Source of the DNA: Sulfurihydrogenibium sp.
GTDB lineage: Bacteria; Aquificota; Aquificia; Aquificales; Hydrogenothermaceae
Direction: 5' to 3'
Length of the DNA: 12,337 nt
Assembly: GCA_037442825.1 (NCBI GenBank)
Contig: JBBIPN010000039.1
Location: 1-12,337, forward strand
Part shown: in pieces, positions 5,013 through 12,337 of the stretch
Position numbering within the stretch: position 1 is the first letter of the stretch
Layout of the letters: each line of letters starts with the position of its first letter
The notes under the pieces: model-generated
The model's input: only the letters and a program-made list of their open reading frames with translations
Database searches by the model: none
Told to the model about the DNA's origin: nothing
Position numbers and translations under genes: made by a program

Positions 5013-7610
5013 ATGGAAGCATTAGCTATAAATGAGAAAAACAAGATATTAAATAAATACAATGAAGAAAAGAAAAGATTAATACTAAAACAGTATGCTG
5101 GAGAAAGTGCTTTAAATATCGTTAGACAACTTTCAGACCTAACAGATGAGATAATAAAAGAATTTGCAAAAATATCATTTCCAGATTTATCTAAAATCTG
5201 TATAGTAGTGTTAGGTGGATATGGTAGAAGAGAACTTTGCTTTAAATCTGATATAGATATATCCATTGTATACGATACAGATGATATAGAAAGTTTAAAA
5301 ATAGGTATTGAAAATTTTTATTACTGTCTACTTGATTTAAAAAGTGATATAGGTTTTTCACCAAGAAATATAAAAGTTTTCTTAAATTTATCAAAAGAAG
5401 ATTTAACAATAGCTACAGCTCTTTTACAGGGAAGATTTTTATGTGGGAATGAAGATATATATAAAACCCTTACAAATAAATTTAAAAAACTTATAAAAGC
5501 AAAAAGAAAAGCATACATAGATGCTACCTTGAAATCAAGAAAAGTTAGATACAGTAACACAGGTAGCAGTATATACCTTATGGAGCCACACGTTAAAGAA
5601 GGGGAAGGAGGATTAAGAGATTTTCATGAAGTATTTTGGATAGCAAAAGTTTTAGATGACGTTAGTGATTATAGATATTTCGTTGAGAAAAATATAATAT
5701 TAGAAGAAGAATATATAGAGCTTATGAATGCTTATGATTTTTTACTTAGAATAAGAAATCAGATGCATTTACTTTGTAATAAAAAATGCGATGTCTTAAC
5801 ATTTCCTCTTCAAGAGGAAGTAAGTAAAAAACTTGGATTTGCACCTATCAATGCAGATTATGAAACATTAAGAGAAAGTGTAGAAAAAATGATGAAGCTT
5901 TACTATTTAAACGCAAAGATAATAAACAATATCACAAACAGAATTTTAAAAAATTTAACTGAAAAATCTTCTAGTTTTGAAGAGTATATTCCAATAGATG
6001 ATATATTTATTAGAACATCTTCAGAGATAGATGTGTTAAATGTTAAAAAATTTGAAAAAAATCCAGAACTAAATATTTTGAAAACTTTTAAATACTATAA
6101 AAATTTTGCTTTAAATTTTTCATCAAATCTTGAATATCTACTTAGAAAAAATGAAAGATACTTAAAAGGTAAACAGTTAACAGACGATTTAAAAGCAATA
6201 GTTAAAGAAATATTTTCTTCTATATCAAATTTACCTAAAACACTTAAGAAGATGCAGGATTTTTATGTTCTTGATGATTTGATAGAAGAGTTTGGATATC
6301 AAAGATGTCATTTTCAGTATGACCATTACCATAAATACACAACAGATGCACATGCTATTAAAGCATTAGAGGAGTTAGAAAATCTCCCAAAAATAGATAA
6401 TCTGCAAAAGATAAAGATATATGAAATATATAAATACATTGAAAGAAAAGATTTATTGATTTGGTCAATTTTCCTACACGATATTGGAAAAGGACATAAA
6501 GCTGATCACAGTATACTTGGGGCTGAGATAGTTTGGAACATTTTAGGGAAATTTGAGTACCCAACTAAAGATATAGAGTTAGTAAGCTTTCTTGTAAAAC
6601 ACCATCTTGATATGGCACATATATCACAAAGAAGAAACTTACATGAACCTAAGGTTATAGAAGAGTTCGCAAAAATAGTAAAAAATAAACAGATTTTAAA
6701 TATGTTAACAGTCCTTACATGGTGCGATGCAAATGCTGTTGGTAAAGGAGCATGGAATGATTGGAAATTTGCTCTTTTAATAGAGTTATACAACAAAACT
6801 TTAGAATACTGGGAAGAATCTACTGAAAATTTATCAGAGAAACAATACAAAGAAAAAATAGAAAAAATAATAGAGTTATTACTATTAGAAAGTTTTAAAA
6901 AAGAAGACATAGAGTTTCATATTACAAGACTATCTGATTACTACATTTTATCTACACCTACAACAGAGATAATAAAACATATTAAACTGGAAGATAGACT
7001 TATTAAAACTGATTCTAACTTAGAATATAATTTTGAAAAAAATTTAGGTGCTGGATTTTCAGAAGTTAGTATCACTATTAGAAATATAGAAAATCCATTA
7101 CTTATAATAACAGGCATTTTATCTTTTCTAAATATAAATATACTTACAGCATACAGTTTTGAAAGGAGAGATGGAATATATCTTATAGAACTCCAGATAT
7201 CAACATCAAGTTTAGAAGCTATAGATGAAACAAGATTTGAAAAATTTATAAACTTACTTTCAAAAGTTCTAAAAGGAGAAGAAAACTTTAATAATTTAGT
7301 AATAAAAAGAGAAAAAGGATTTAAAGCATCAACCGTACCGCCACCTATTTTTGTAAAGATAGATAATGAAATGTCTGAAAACTATACTATTTTTGACATT
7401 TCAGCAGAAGATAGAATTGGTTTATTATTTGATATAATTAATATTTTTGCAAAATTTAATATATACGTTCATATGGTTAAAGCTTCTACACAAGGTTTAA
7501 GAGTTAGAGATGCTTTTTATGTAAGAACAAAAGATAAGCAAAAAATTTACAATGAAAATTTATTAAACAGTATAAAAGAAGAAATTTTAAATATAATTAA
7601 ACCAGCTTAA
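5013..7610 (+). CDS. glnD: [Protein-PII] uridylyltransferase / uridylyl-removing enzyme
   Basis: NTase motif GGYGRRELCFKSDIDI, EPHVKEGEGGLRD, HD domain (HKYTTDAH...LHDIGKG..DHS) and C-terminal ACT domains (DRIGLLFDI...STQGLRVRDAFYV); 865 aa. Confidence 0.96.
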   Translation: MEALAINEKNKILNKYNEEKKRLILKQYAGESALNIVRQLSDLTDEIIKEFAKISFPDLSKICIVVLGGYGRRELCFKSDIDISIVYDTDDIESLKIGIENFYYCLLDLKSDIGFSPRNIKVFLNLSKEDLTIATALLQGRFLCGNEDIYKTLTNKFKKLIKAKRKAYIDATLKSRKVRYSNTGSSIYLMEPHVKEGEGGLRDFHEVFWIAKVLDDVSDYRYFVEKNIILEEEYIELMNAYDFLLRIRNQMHLLCNKKCDVLTFPLQEEVSKKLGFAPINADYETLRESVEKMMKLYYLNAKIINNITNRILKNLTEKSSSFEEYIPIDDIFIRTSSEIDVLNVKKFEKNPELNILKTFKYYKNFALNFSSNLEYLLRKNERYLKGKQLTDDLKAIVKEIFSSISNLPKTLKKMQDFYVLDDLIEEFGYQRCHFQYDHYHKYTTDAHAIKALEELENLPKIDNLQKIKIYEIYKYIERKDLLIWSIFLHDIGKGHKADHSILGAEIVWNILGKFEYPTKDIELVSFLVKHHLDMAHISQRRNLHEPKVIEEFAKIVKNKQILNMLTVLTWCDANAVGKGAWNDWKFALLIELYNKTLEYWEESTENLSEKQYKEKIEKIIELLLLESFKKEDIEFHITRLSDYYILSTPTTEIIKHIKLEDRLIKTDSNLEYNFEKNLGAGFSEVSITIRNIENPLLIITGILSFLNINILTAYSFERRDGIYLIELQISTSSLEAIDETRFEKFINLLSKVLKGEENFNNLVIKREKGFKASTVPPPIFVKIDNEMSENYTIFDISAEDRIGLLFDIINIFAKFNIYVHMVKASTQGLRVRDAFYVRTKDKQKIYNENLLNSIKEEILNIIKPA

Positions 7611-9723
7611 GGATATTATAAAAAATAAAGGTAACAATCCAAGCAGTTGTAAAGTTGATAGCTATAGATAAAAACATCCATTTGTAACTGTTAAGCTCTT
7701 GTTTTATAGCAAAAACAGTAGCAAGACAAGGTGTGTACAAAAGTAAAAATACTAAAAATGAAAATGCTTGGTCTTTTGTAAAACTATCTCTTATATACTT
7801 TGCTAAATTACCATTTCCTCCTTCTTCGTTTTCATTTATAAAACCAAAGATTGAAGCAAAATTTTTAATAACATCTATATTTGCATCTATAAATGCTTGA
7901 CCAATTTTATTTAATCCTTCTTTAATAGTTAATTTTTCTTCCTCTTTTGCTATCTCTTCACCTATATATATATTTCCCATAGCTGAAAGAACAACTTCCT
8001 TTGCTACAAATCCAGAAAAAAGAGAAGCTGTAGCTTGCCAATTTCCAAAGCCAAGTGGTTCAAATATCACAGATATAGTTTGAGAAATTTTAGCAAGATA
8101 AGATTCATCTTTTTTTACACCAAATGGAGTGTTAGTTAAAAACCATATTACAATAGATGTTGCAAAAATAAATGTTCCAGCTTCTATAAGAAAAGCTTTA
8201 ACTTTTATCCATGTATTTATAAAGATGTATTTTAAAGTAGGAAGCCTATAAGGTGGAAGTTCCAATATAAATATGTCTGATTTTGTTTTAAAAAAAAGTT
8301 TATTTAATATAAATGCTACAATTATAGATGACATTATTCCTATTAAATACAATGAAAATATAACAAATCCTCCATAATTTTGGAAAAAAACAGTTACAAA
8401 TAAAGCAAAAACCGTTAACCTTGCACCACAAGACATAAACGGTATCATCAATGTAGTTAATATTTTTTCTTTTGGATTTTCTATTGTTCTTGTAGCATAT
8501 ACAGCAGGGACATTACATCCAAAACCAAGGAGTAAAGGTATGAAAGATTTACCACTTAAACCTAAAAAGCTCATAAACTTATCCATTAAAAAGGCAGCTC
8601 TTGATATATAACCACTACCTTCTAAGAAAGATATTATCATATACAAAGTAAGCAAAACTGGTACAAATGTTAATACAAATCCAACACCACCTATAACAGC
8701 ATCACTTACAAAAGATTTTAAAAAATCCGATGTTTGAGATTGTTCTAAAAACGAGATTATACAGATAGATACTACTGATAATGTTTTATCTAAAAAATCC
8801 ACATAAGGAGAAGATAGTTTAAAAGTAACCTCAAATGTAAGCCACACTAAAAATAAAAATAAAGGTAGTCCAAAGTATTTATTTAGAAAAATTTTATCAA
8901 GATAGTAAGAATGTTCTACAATATTTTCTATTTCTTTTTTAACTACTTGCTGATATATACTTAACACATCTCCGTATCTTTCTTCAATAATAAGTGTTTT
9001 AACATCTTTTCTATGAATCTCTTTTATTTTTTTCCTGATTTTCTCTATTTCTTCAGATAAAACAGGAGGGATAGAATCTTTAAAACTACCTTCTAATAGT
9101 GATACTGCAAGATAACGTTTTGGATAAACATCTAATAAAACTGACTTATACTTATCAACAAGATTTATAACTTCTTTTAAATATTGCTCAAAATTAGTTT
9201 CAAAATGCTCACATTGGACAAACCTTTTATTTTCATAACTTTCTAATATTTTATCTAATAAATCTATAATTCCATCTCTTGTTTTAGCTGACGTAGGAAC
9301 AACTGGGCTAAATAGTAATTTTTGTAATTTTTTTACATCAATAAGAATACCTTTTTCTATTACTTCATCCCATATATTTAAAGATATCACCATAGGTATC
9401 TCTAATTCTAAAAGTTGAATAGTTAAATAGAGATTCCTTCTAAGATTTGTTGAATCTACAACATTAAGTATTAAGTCAGGTCTCTCTTTTAACAAAAATT
9501 CCATCGTTACTTTCTCTTCTGCTGTTTGGTTTTTTAAACTGTACATTCCTGGTAAATCTACAAAGTTAATAATATAGTCTTTGTATCTTATACTTGCTTC
9601 TTTTTTTTCTATTGTAACACCTGGCCAGTTTCCAACTTTAAGATTTGTTCCTGCTATCTCATTTAATAAAGCAGTTTTACCAACGTTTGGATTTCCTACA
9701 ACTGCAACAGTTATCGTTTTCAC
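7597..9723 (-). CDS. feoB: Ferrous iron transporter B
   Basis: G1 GNPNVGKT, VGNWPGVT, G3 DLPG; membrane domain with GFGCNVPA, PFMSCGARL, FILELPPYRLP and LYTPC. The GTG start overlaps the feoA stop (GTGA). Confidence 0.97.
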   Translation of the reverse strand: MKTITVAVVGNPNVGKTALLNEIAGTNLKVGNWPGVTIEKKEASIRYKDYIINFVDLPGMYSLKNQTAEEKVTMEFLLKERPDLILNVVDSTNLRRNLYLTIQLLELEIPMVISLNIWDEVIEKGILIDVKKLQKLLFSPVVPTSAKTRDGIIDLLDKILESYENKRFVQCEHFETNFEQYLKEVINLVDKYKSVLLDVYPKRYLAVSLLEGSFKDSIPPVLSEEIEKIRKKIKEIHRKDVKTLIIEERYGDVLSIYQQVVKKEIENIVEHSYYLDKIFLNKYFGLPLFLFLVWLTFEVTFKLSSPYVDFLDKTLSVVSICIISFLEQSQTSDFLKSFVSDAVIGGVGFVLTFVPVLLTLYMIISFLEGSGYISRAAFLMDKFMSFLGLSGKSFIPLLLGFGCNVPAVYATRTIENPKEKILTTLMIPFMSCGARLTVFALFVTVFFQNYGGFVIFSLYLIGIMSSIIVAFILNKLFFKTKSDIFILELPPYRLPTLKYIFINTWIKVKAFLIEAGTFIFATSIVIWFLTNTPFGVKKDESYLAKISQTISVIFEPLGFGNWQATASLFSGFVAKEVVLSAMGNIYIGEEIAKEEEKLTIKEGLNKIGQAFIDANIDVIKNFASIFGFINENEEGGNGNLAKYIRDSFTKDQAFSFLVFLLLYTPCLATVFAIKQELNSYKWMFLSIAINFTTAWIVTFIFYNILKLV

Positions 9724-9950
9724 GGTTGTTCCTCTACTATTATACTGTAAGCTTCAGGTCTCCTAAGAGCTAAACAATAATCGTGGACCTTTACTTTTAC
9801 AGGTCCTCCAAATGGTGCCAGTTGAACAACTTCTATATCTACACCTGGTAATATACCAAGCTCATAAAGTTTATATTTCAAAATATCATTAGCTTGGATT
9901 TCAACAACCTTACCTTTATAACCATTCTTAAGGTCTATTAATCTTTTCAT
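9720..9950 (-). CDS. feoA: Ferrous iron transport protein A
   Basis: 76 aa with LYELGILPG..IEVVQLAPFGGPVKVKV...LALRRPEA, directly upstream of feoB. SD AGGAGG. Confidence 0.95.
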   Translation of the reverse strand: MKRLIDLKNGYKGKVVEIQANDILKYKLYELGILPGVDIEVVQLAPFGGPVKVKVHDYCLALRRPEAYSIIVEEQP

Positions 9951-9963
9951 TTACCTCCTTGAT

Positions 9964-9982
9964 TTTAAAACTTAATCTCAAT
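9964..9982 (-). promoter_or_regulatory. Possible Fur box upstream of feoAB
   Basis: Minus strand ATTGAGATTAAGTTTTAAA resembles the 7-1-7 Fur consensus TGA(T/G)AAT-n-ATT(A/C)TCA. The left half matches well and the right half weakly. It lies just downstream of a TAAAAT -10 candidate. feoAB is commonly Fur-regulated. Confidence 0.4.
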
Positions 9983-10030
9983 TAAATATTTTATTCTTTT
10001 TAATTTAGTTTTGTATGATTTTGTAATTAT

Positions 10031-10708
10031 TTACATCATTAAATTCCAAAAGAAATTGTATATAGGATAGATTACTAAACCTAAAATACCAGTCATTAAA
10101 AGCAATATTACAATAAAAAATCCATACTGCTCATAAGGTAATATTTTTTCGTAAATATCTCTTGGTAATACATTTAAAACAACATTTCCTCCATCAAGTG
10201 GCGGAATTGGAAGTATATTAAAAATACCAATTATAAGATTTACCATTACAGCATATTTAAAAAATATAACCAAAGGGATAACAATAGATTCTATAAGACT
10301 AACAGAAGCAATGCTTGAAATTAATGATATAAACGTTTCACTTTTTAGGAGGTGAAAAAGTAAACTAAAAATGAAAGCTAAAGTAAAGTTAGAAAAAGGT
10401 CCTGCTAAAGATGTCAGAATAATGCCTTTTCTATAATCAACTTTAAATCTATAAGGATTTATAGGTACTGGTTTAGCCCAGCCGAATAAAAAAGGTGAAT
10501 TAACCAATATTAACAATCCTGGAACCAATAAAGAACCAACTGGATCAATATGTGGTATTGGGTTTACTGTAAGTCTTCCTTCTTCTTTAGCTGTACTATC
10601 TCCAAGCTTATATGCAACATATCCATGAGCAATTTCATGGAATATTACAGCTGTAAGCAAAGCTGGAATCATAAATATTACATCAAAAATATTAAAATTT
10701 AAATCCAT
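10031..10708 (-). CDS. Site-2 protease family (M50) intramembrane zinc metalloprotease
   Basis: HEIAH (HExxH), FGWAKPVP, LAGPFSN and FNILPIPPLDGG motifs with several hydrophobic segments. SD AGGAG. Confidence 0.93.
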   Translation of the reverse strand: MDLNFNIFDVIFMIPALLTAVIFHEIAHGYVAYKLGDSTAKEEGRLTVNPIPHIDPVGSLLVPGLLILVNSPFLFGWAKPVPINPYRFKVDYRKGIILTSLAGPFSNFTLAFIFSLLFHLLKSETFISLISSIASVSLIESIVIPLVIFFKYAVMVNLIIGIFNILPIPPLDGGNVVLNVLPRDIYEKILPYEQYGFFIVILLLMTGILGLVIYPIYNFFWNLMM

Positions 10709-10801
10709 CTAAACTCCTATAAAAACTTTATTACTTCTTATGAAGATATATTATAACTTAACTTAAAAATATCAAAATATTTAGATTAGAAACTTCTTCT
10801 A

Positions 10802-10810
10802 TGCTATAAT
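10802..10810 (+). promoter_or_regulatory. Extended -10 promoter upstream of the Rpn relic
   Basis: Perfect TGCTATAAT ending 29 nt before ATG 10840. Confidence 0.5.
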
Positions 10811-10839
10811 TTTTTCAAATACTAAAAAATATTTAAAAA

Positions 10840-11395
10840 ATGAAAGAAAACAAAATACAAAAGATAGACTTTAAATTTATATTCAGCAATCAAAAAACAT
10901 CAAAACATTTTTAAATGACTTCTTCTCAAATATATTGACCTTAACTCTATTACTGCTATCCATACTGAAAAATACCTTCCTCAAAATCAAAAAAAATTAT
11001 TTCATTGAGCAGAAATCTTATGTTGAAAAAAGAATCTTTATACAGCTTCTTAGCTATATTTTATCTGTTTTGGAAGATGATTTGAGTAATAAGAGGTGTT
11101 CCTTTAAATGTTAAATATTTGCTGTTTGATACTAATCAGATAAGTGATATTGATAATAATGAGTTTGTAAAAGCTGCTAAATTGTTAATGGAGTAGAGGA
11201 AAGAGTTTAATGAGGATATAGAGTTGTTTGTATTTGTTTAGTTTAAAGACTATAGATACAGAAGAAGTTTGATAATAGATAAACAGCATATAGTATTATC
11301 TTTGATATAGGCAAGGTTAGATTATATGAGGGTTAGGAAGAAAGTATAAGGAGCTGAGAATAGTAAGTATTTAAGAGTTATTTTAAAGTAGTATT
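10840..11395 (+). pseudogene. Decayed Rpn (YhgA-like, PD-(D/E)xK) recombination-promoting nuclease / putative transposase
   Basis: Collinear fragments in shifting frames: MKENKIQKIDFKFIFSNQK (from 10840); NIKTFLNDFF (from 10896); KYIDLNSITAIHTEKY (from 10928); FIEQKSYVEKRIFIQLLSYILSVLEDDL (from 11001); VPLNVKYLLFDTNQISD (from 11098); then several stops. The order matches the Rpn pattern HD.FFK..FS....FL...IDL.S....TE...EHKSY......QLL.Y......Y.LFD...I.D. The 3' end is approximate. Confidence 0.72.
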
Positions 11396-11434
11396 ATAAA
11401 AATGCTGAAAAAGATTGAATTTTCAATAATAAAT

Positions 11435-11460
11435 AAAGCAAGGGCAAAAGCCTTGCTTTT
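11435..11460. terminator. Intrinsic terminator downstream of rpmB, probably bidirectional
   Basis: AAAGCAAGG(G)C-AAAA-GCCTTGCTTTT stem-loop 5 nt past the rpmB stop, with T-rich tails on both strands. Confidence 0.85.
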
Positions 11461-11465
11461 ATGTA

Positions 11466-11657
11466 TTAAACAGCTTTTCTAACTTTTCCTGCTTTTAAAC
11501 ATTTAGAACAAACATAGATACTTTTTGTTGAGCCATCATCGAGAACAACTCTAACTTTTCTTAAGTTAGGCTTCCATGTTCTTCTTTCTGTTGTTGCAGA
11601 GTGTGCTACCGTGTTTCCAAAAACGGTTTTTTTACCACATATTTGACAAACAGCCAT
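11466..11657 (-). CDS. rpmB: 50S ribosomal protein L28 (zinc-ligand CxxC...CxxC type)
   Basis: MAVCQICGKKTVFGNTVAHS...RRTWKPNLRKVRV...VCSKCLKAGKV. SD AAGGAGG. Confidence 0.96.
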   Translation of the reverse strand: MAVCQICGKKTVFGNTVAHSATTERRTWKPNLRKVRVVLDDGSTKSIYVCSKCLKAGKVRKAV

Positions 11658-11690
11658 TTTATCCTCCTTCGTTAAAATTTAGAAAAAAAT

Positions 11691-11699
11691 ATTATACCA
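11691..11699 (-). promoter_or_regulatory. Extended -10 promoter for rpmB
   Basis: Minus strand TGGTATAAT in the 45-nt gap between the oxidase stop and the rpmB start. Confidence 0.6.
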
Positions 11700-11702
11700 C
11701 AA

Positions 11703-12337
11703 TTAATCTAAATCCATTTTACCTGGATTTATTAAATCTTCCGGGTCCCATACTCTTTTTATTTTTCTCATTATCTCCATCTCTTGAAGTGAAAATTGCT
11801 TTCTCATAAATTCTGCTTTGGTAATACCTACACCATGTTCTCCAGTAATTGAACCTCTATATGATAAAGCTAAATCAAAAACTTCTTCAACAGCTTTTTC
11901 TGCTCTTTCTACTTCATCTGGGTCTAAACCGTTAATCATAAAGTTTGCATGAACATTACCATCCCCAATGTGTCCAAAGTTTACCATTTTTAAATTATAT
12001 TTCCTTCCTATCTCTCTTAATTTAGGAAGGGCTTCTGGAAGATAGCTTCTTGGAAATACAATATCTTCATTTATTTTTGTTCTTCCTAACTTTGCTACTG
12101 CTGGAGATAAAGATCTCCTTGCTTCCCATAGTTTTTCTGCTTCTTTGTCAGTTTTAGCAATTTCTACTTTAGCACCATTTTTCTCACATATTTTAGCAAC
12201 TTCTATAATCTCATCATCTAAAGCTTTTGGATGTCCATCTACTTCTATTAATAAAATTACTTCAGCATCTCTATCTAAGCCAAAATGTCCAAAATCTTCA
12301 ACTGCGTTTATTGCAAGTTTGTCCATAAATTCAAGTG
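11703..12337 (-). CDS. glcD: FAD-linked oxidase, GlcD / D-lactate dehydrogenase family; 3' part only, 5' end lies beyond the window
   Basis: The frame stays open to the edge (..LEFMD..). Motifs FGHIGDGNVHAN, GSITGEHGVGITK and WDPEDLINPGK belong to the FAD-oxidase C-terminal domain. The substrate cannot be determined from this. Confidence 0.8.
   Translation of the reverse strand, partial: LEFMDKLAINAVEDFGHFGLDRDAEVILLIEVDGHPKALDDEIIEVAKICEKNGAKVEIAKTDKEAEKLWEARRSLSPAVAKLGRTKINEDIVFPRSYLPEALPKLREIGRKYNLKMVNFGHIGDGNVHANFMINGLDPDEVERAEKAVEEVFDLALSYRGSITGEHGVGITKAEFMRKQFSLQEMEIMRKIKRVWDPEDLINPGKMDLD

Noticed and set aside
4904..5266. 120-aa minus-strand ORF as a possible frameshifted N-terminal part of LeuRS
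   Set aside because: It is mostly antisense to glnD and has no LeuRS motifs. The beta gene has its own SD and promoter, so it is neither a frameshifted nor a truncated leuS.
5321..6910. Minus-strand ORFs 5321-5560, 6358-6564 and 6506-6910
   Set aside because: Antisense shadows inside the well-supported glnD.
9581..9766. 61-aa plus-strand ORF
   Set aside because: Antisense to the feoB G-domain and feoA.
10709..11465. Long gap as a CRISPR array, tRNA, structured ncRNA or IS element
   Set aside because: I found no regularly spaced repeats, cloverleaf, GC-rich stems, terminal inverted repeats or target duplications. The Rpn relic explains the region better.
11576..11809. 77-aa plus-strand ORF
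   Set aside because: Antisense to rpmB and the oxidase gene; Phe/Leu-rich with no support.

Overview
This is a very AT-rich bacterial chromosomal segment, mostly housekeeping genes. A stand-alone LeuRS beta subunit and an Rpn-type relic suggest Aquificota, probably Hydrogenothermaceae/Sulfurihydrogenibium-like (inference). Gene order: plsC (5' part only, minus), DUF507 protein (minus), a ~600-aa protein reading as degenerate PilZ + HDOD + degenerate AAA+-like domain (minus), AmmeMemoRadiSam radical SAM enzyme amrS (plus), leuS beta subunit (minus), glnD (plus), feoB and feoA (minus), site-2 protease M50 (minus), an unannotated and heavily decayed Rpn/YhgA PD-(D/E)xK nuclease pseudogene (plus), rpmB (minus), and the 3' part of a GlcD-like FAD-linked oxidase (minus). 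I saw no rRNA, tRNA, CRISPR array or intact mobile element. The main leads are: the all-degenerate PilZ-HDOD-AAA+ protein, the Rpn relic with an intact promoter and an abrupt C-to-G skew flip, a hairpin sequestering the plsC Shine-Dalgarno right after the DUF507 stop, and mirror-image extended -10 promoters between leuS-beta and glnD. All calls come from reading motifs by eye; no database searches were run.
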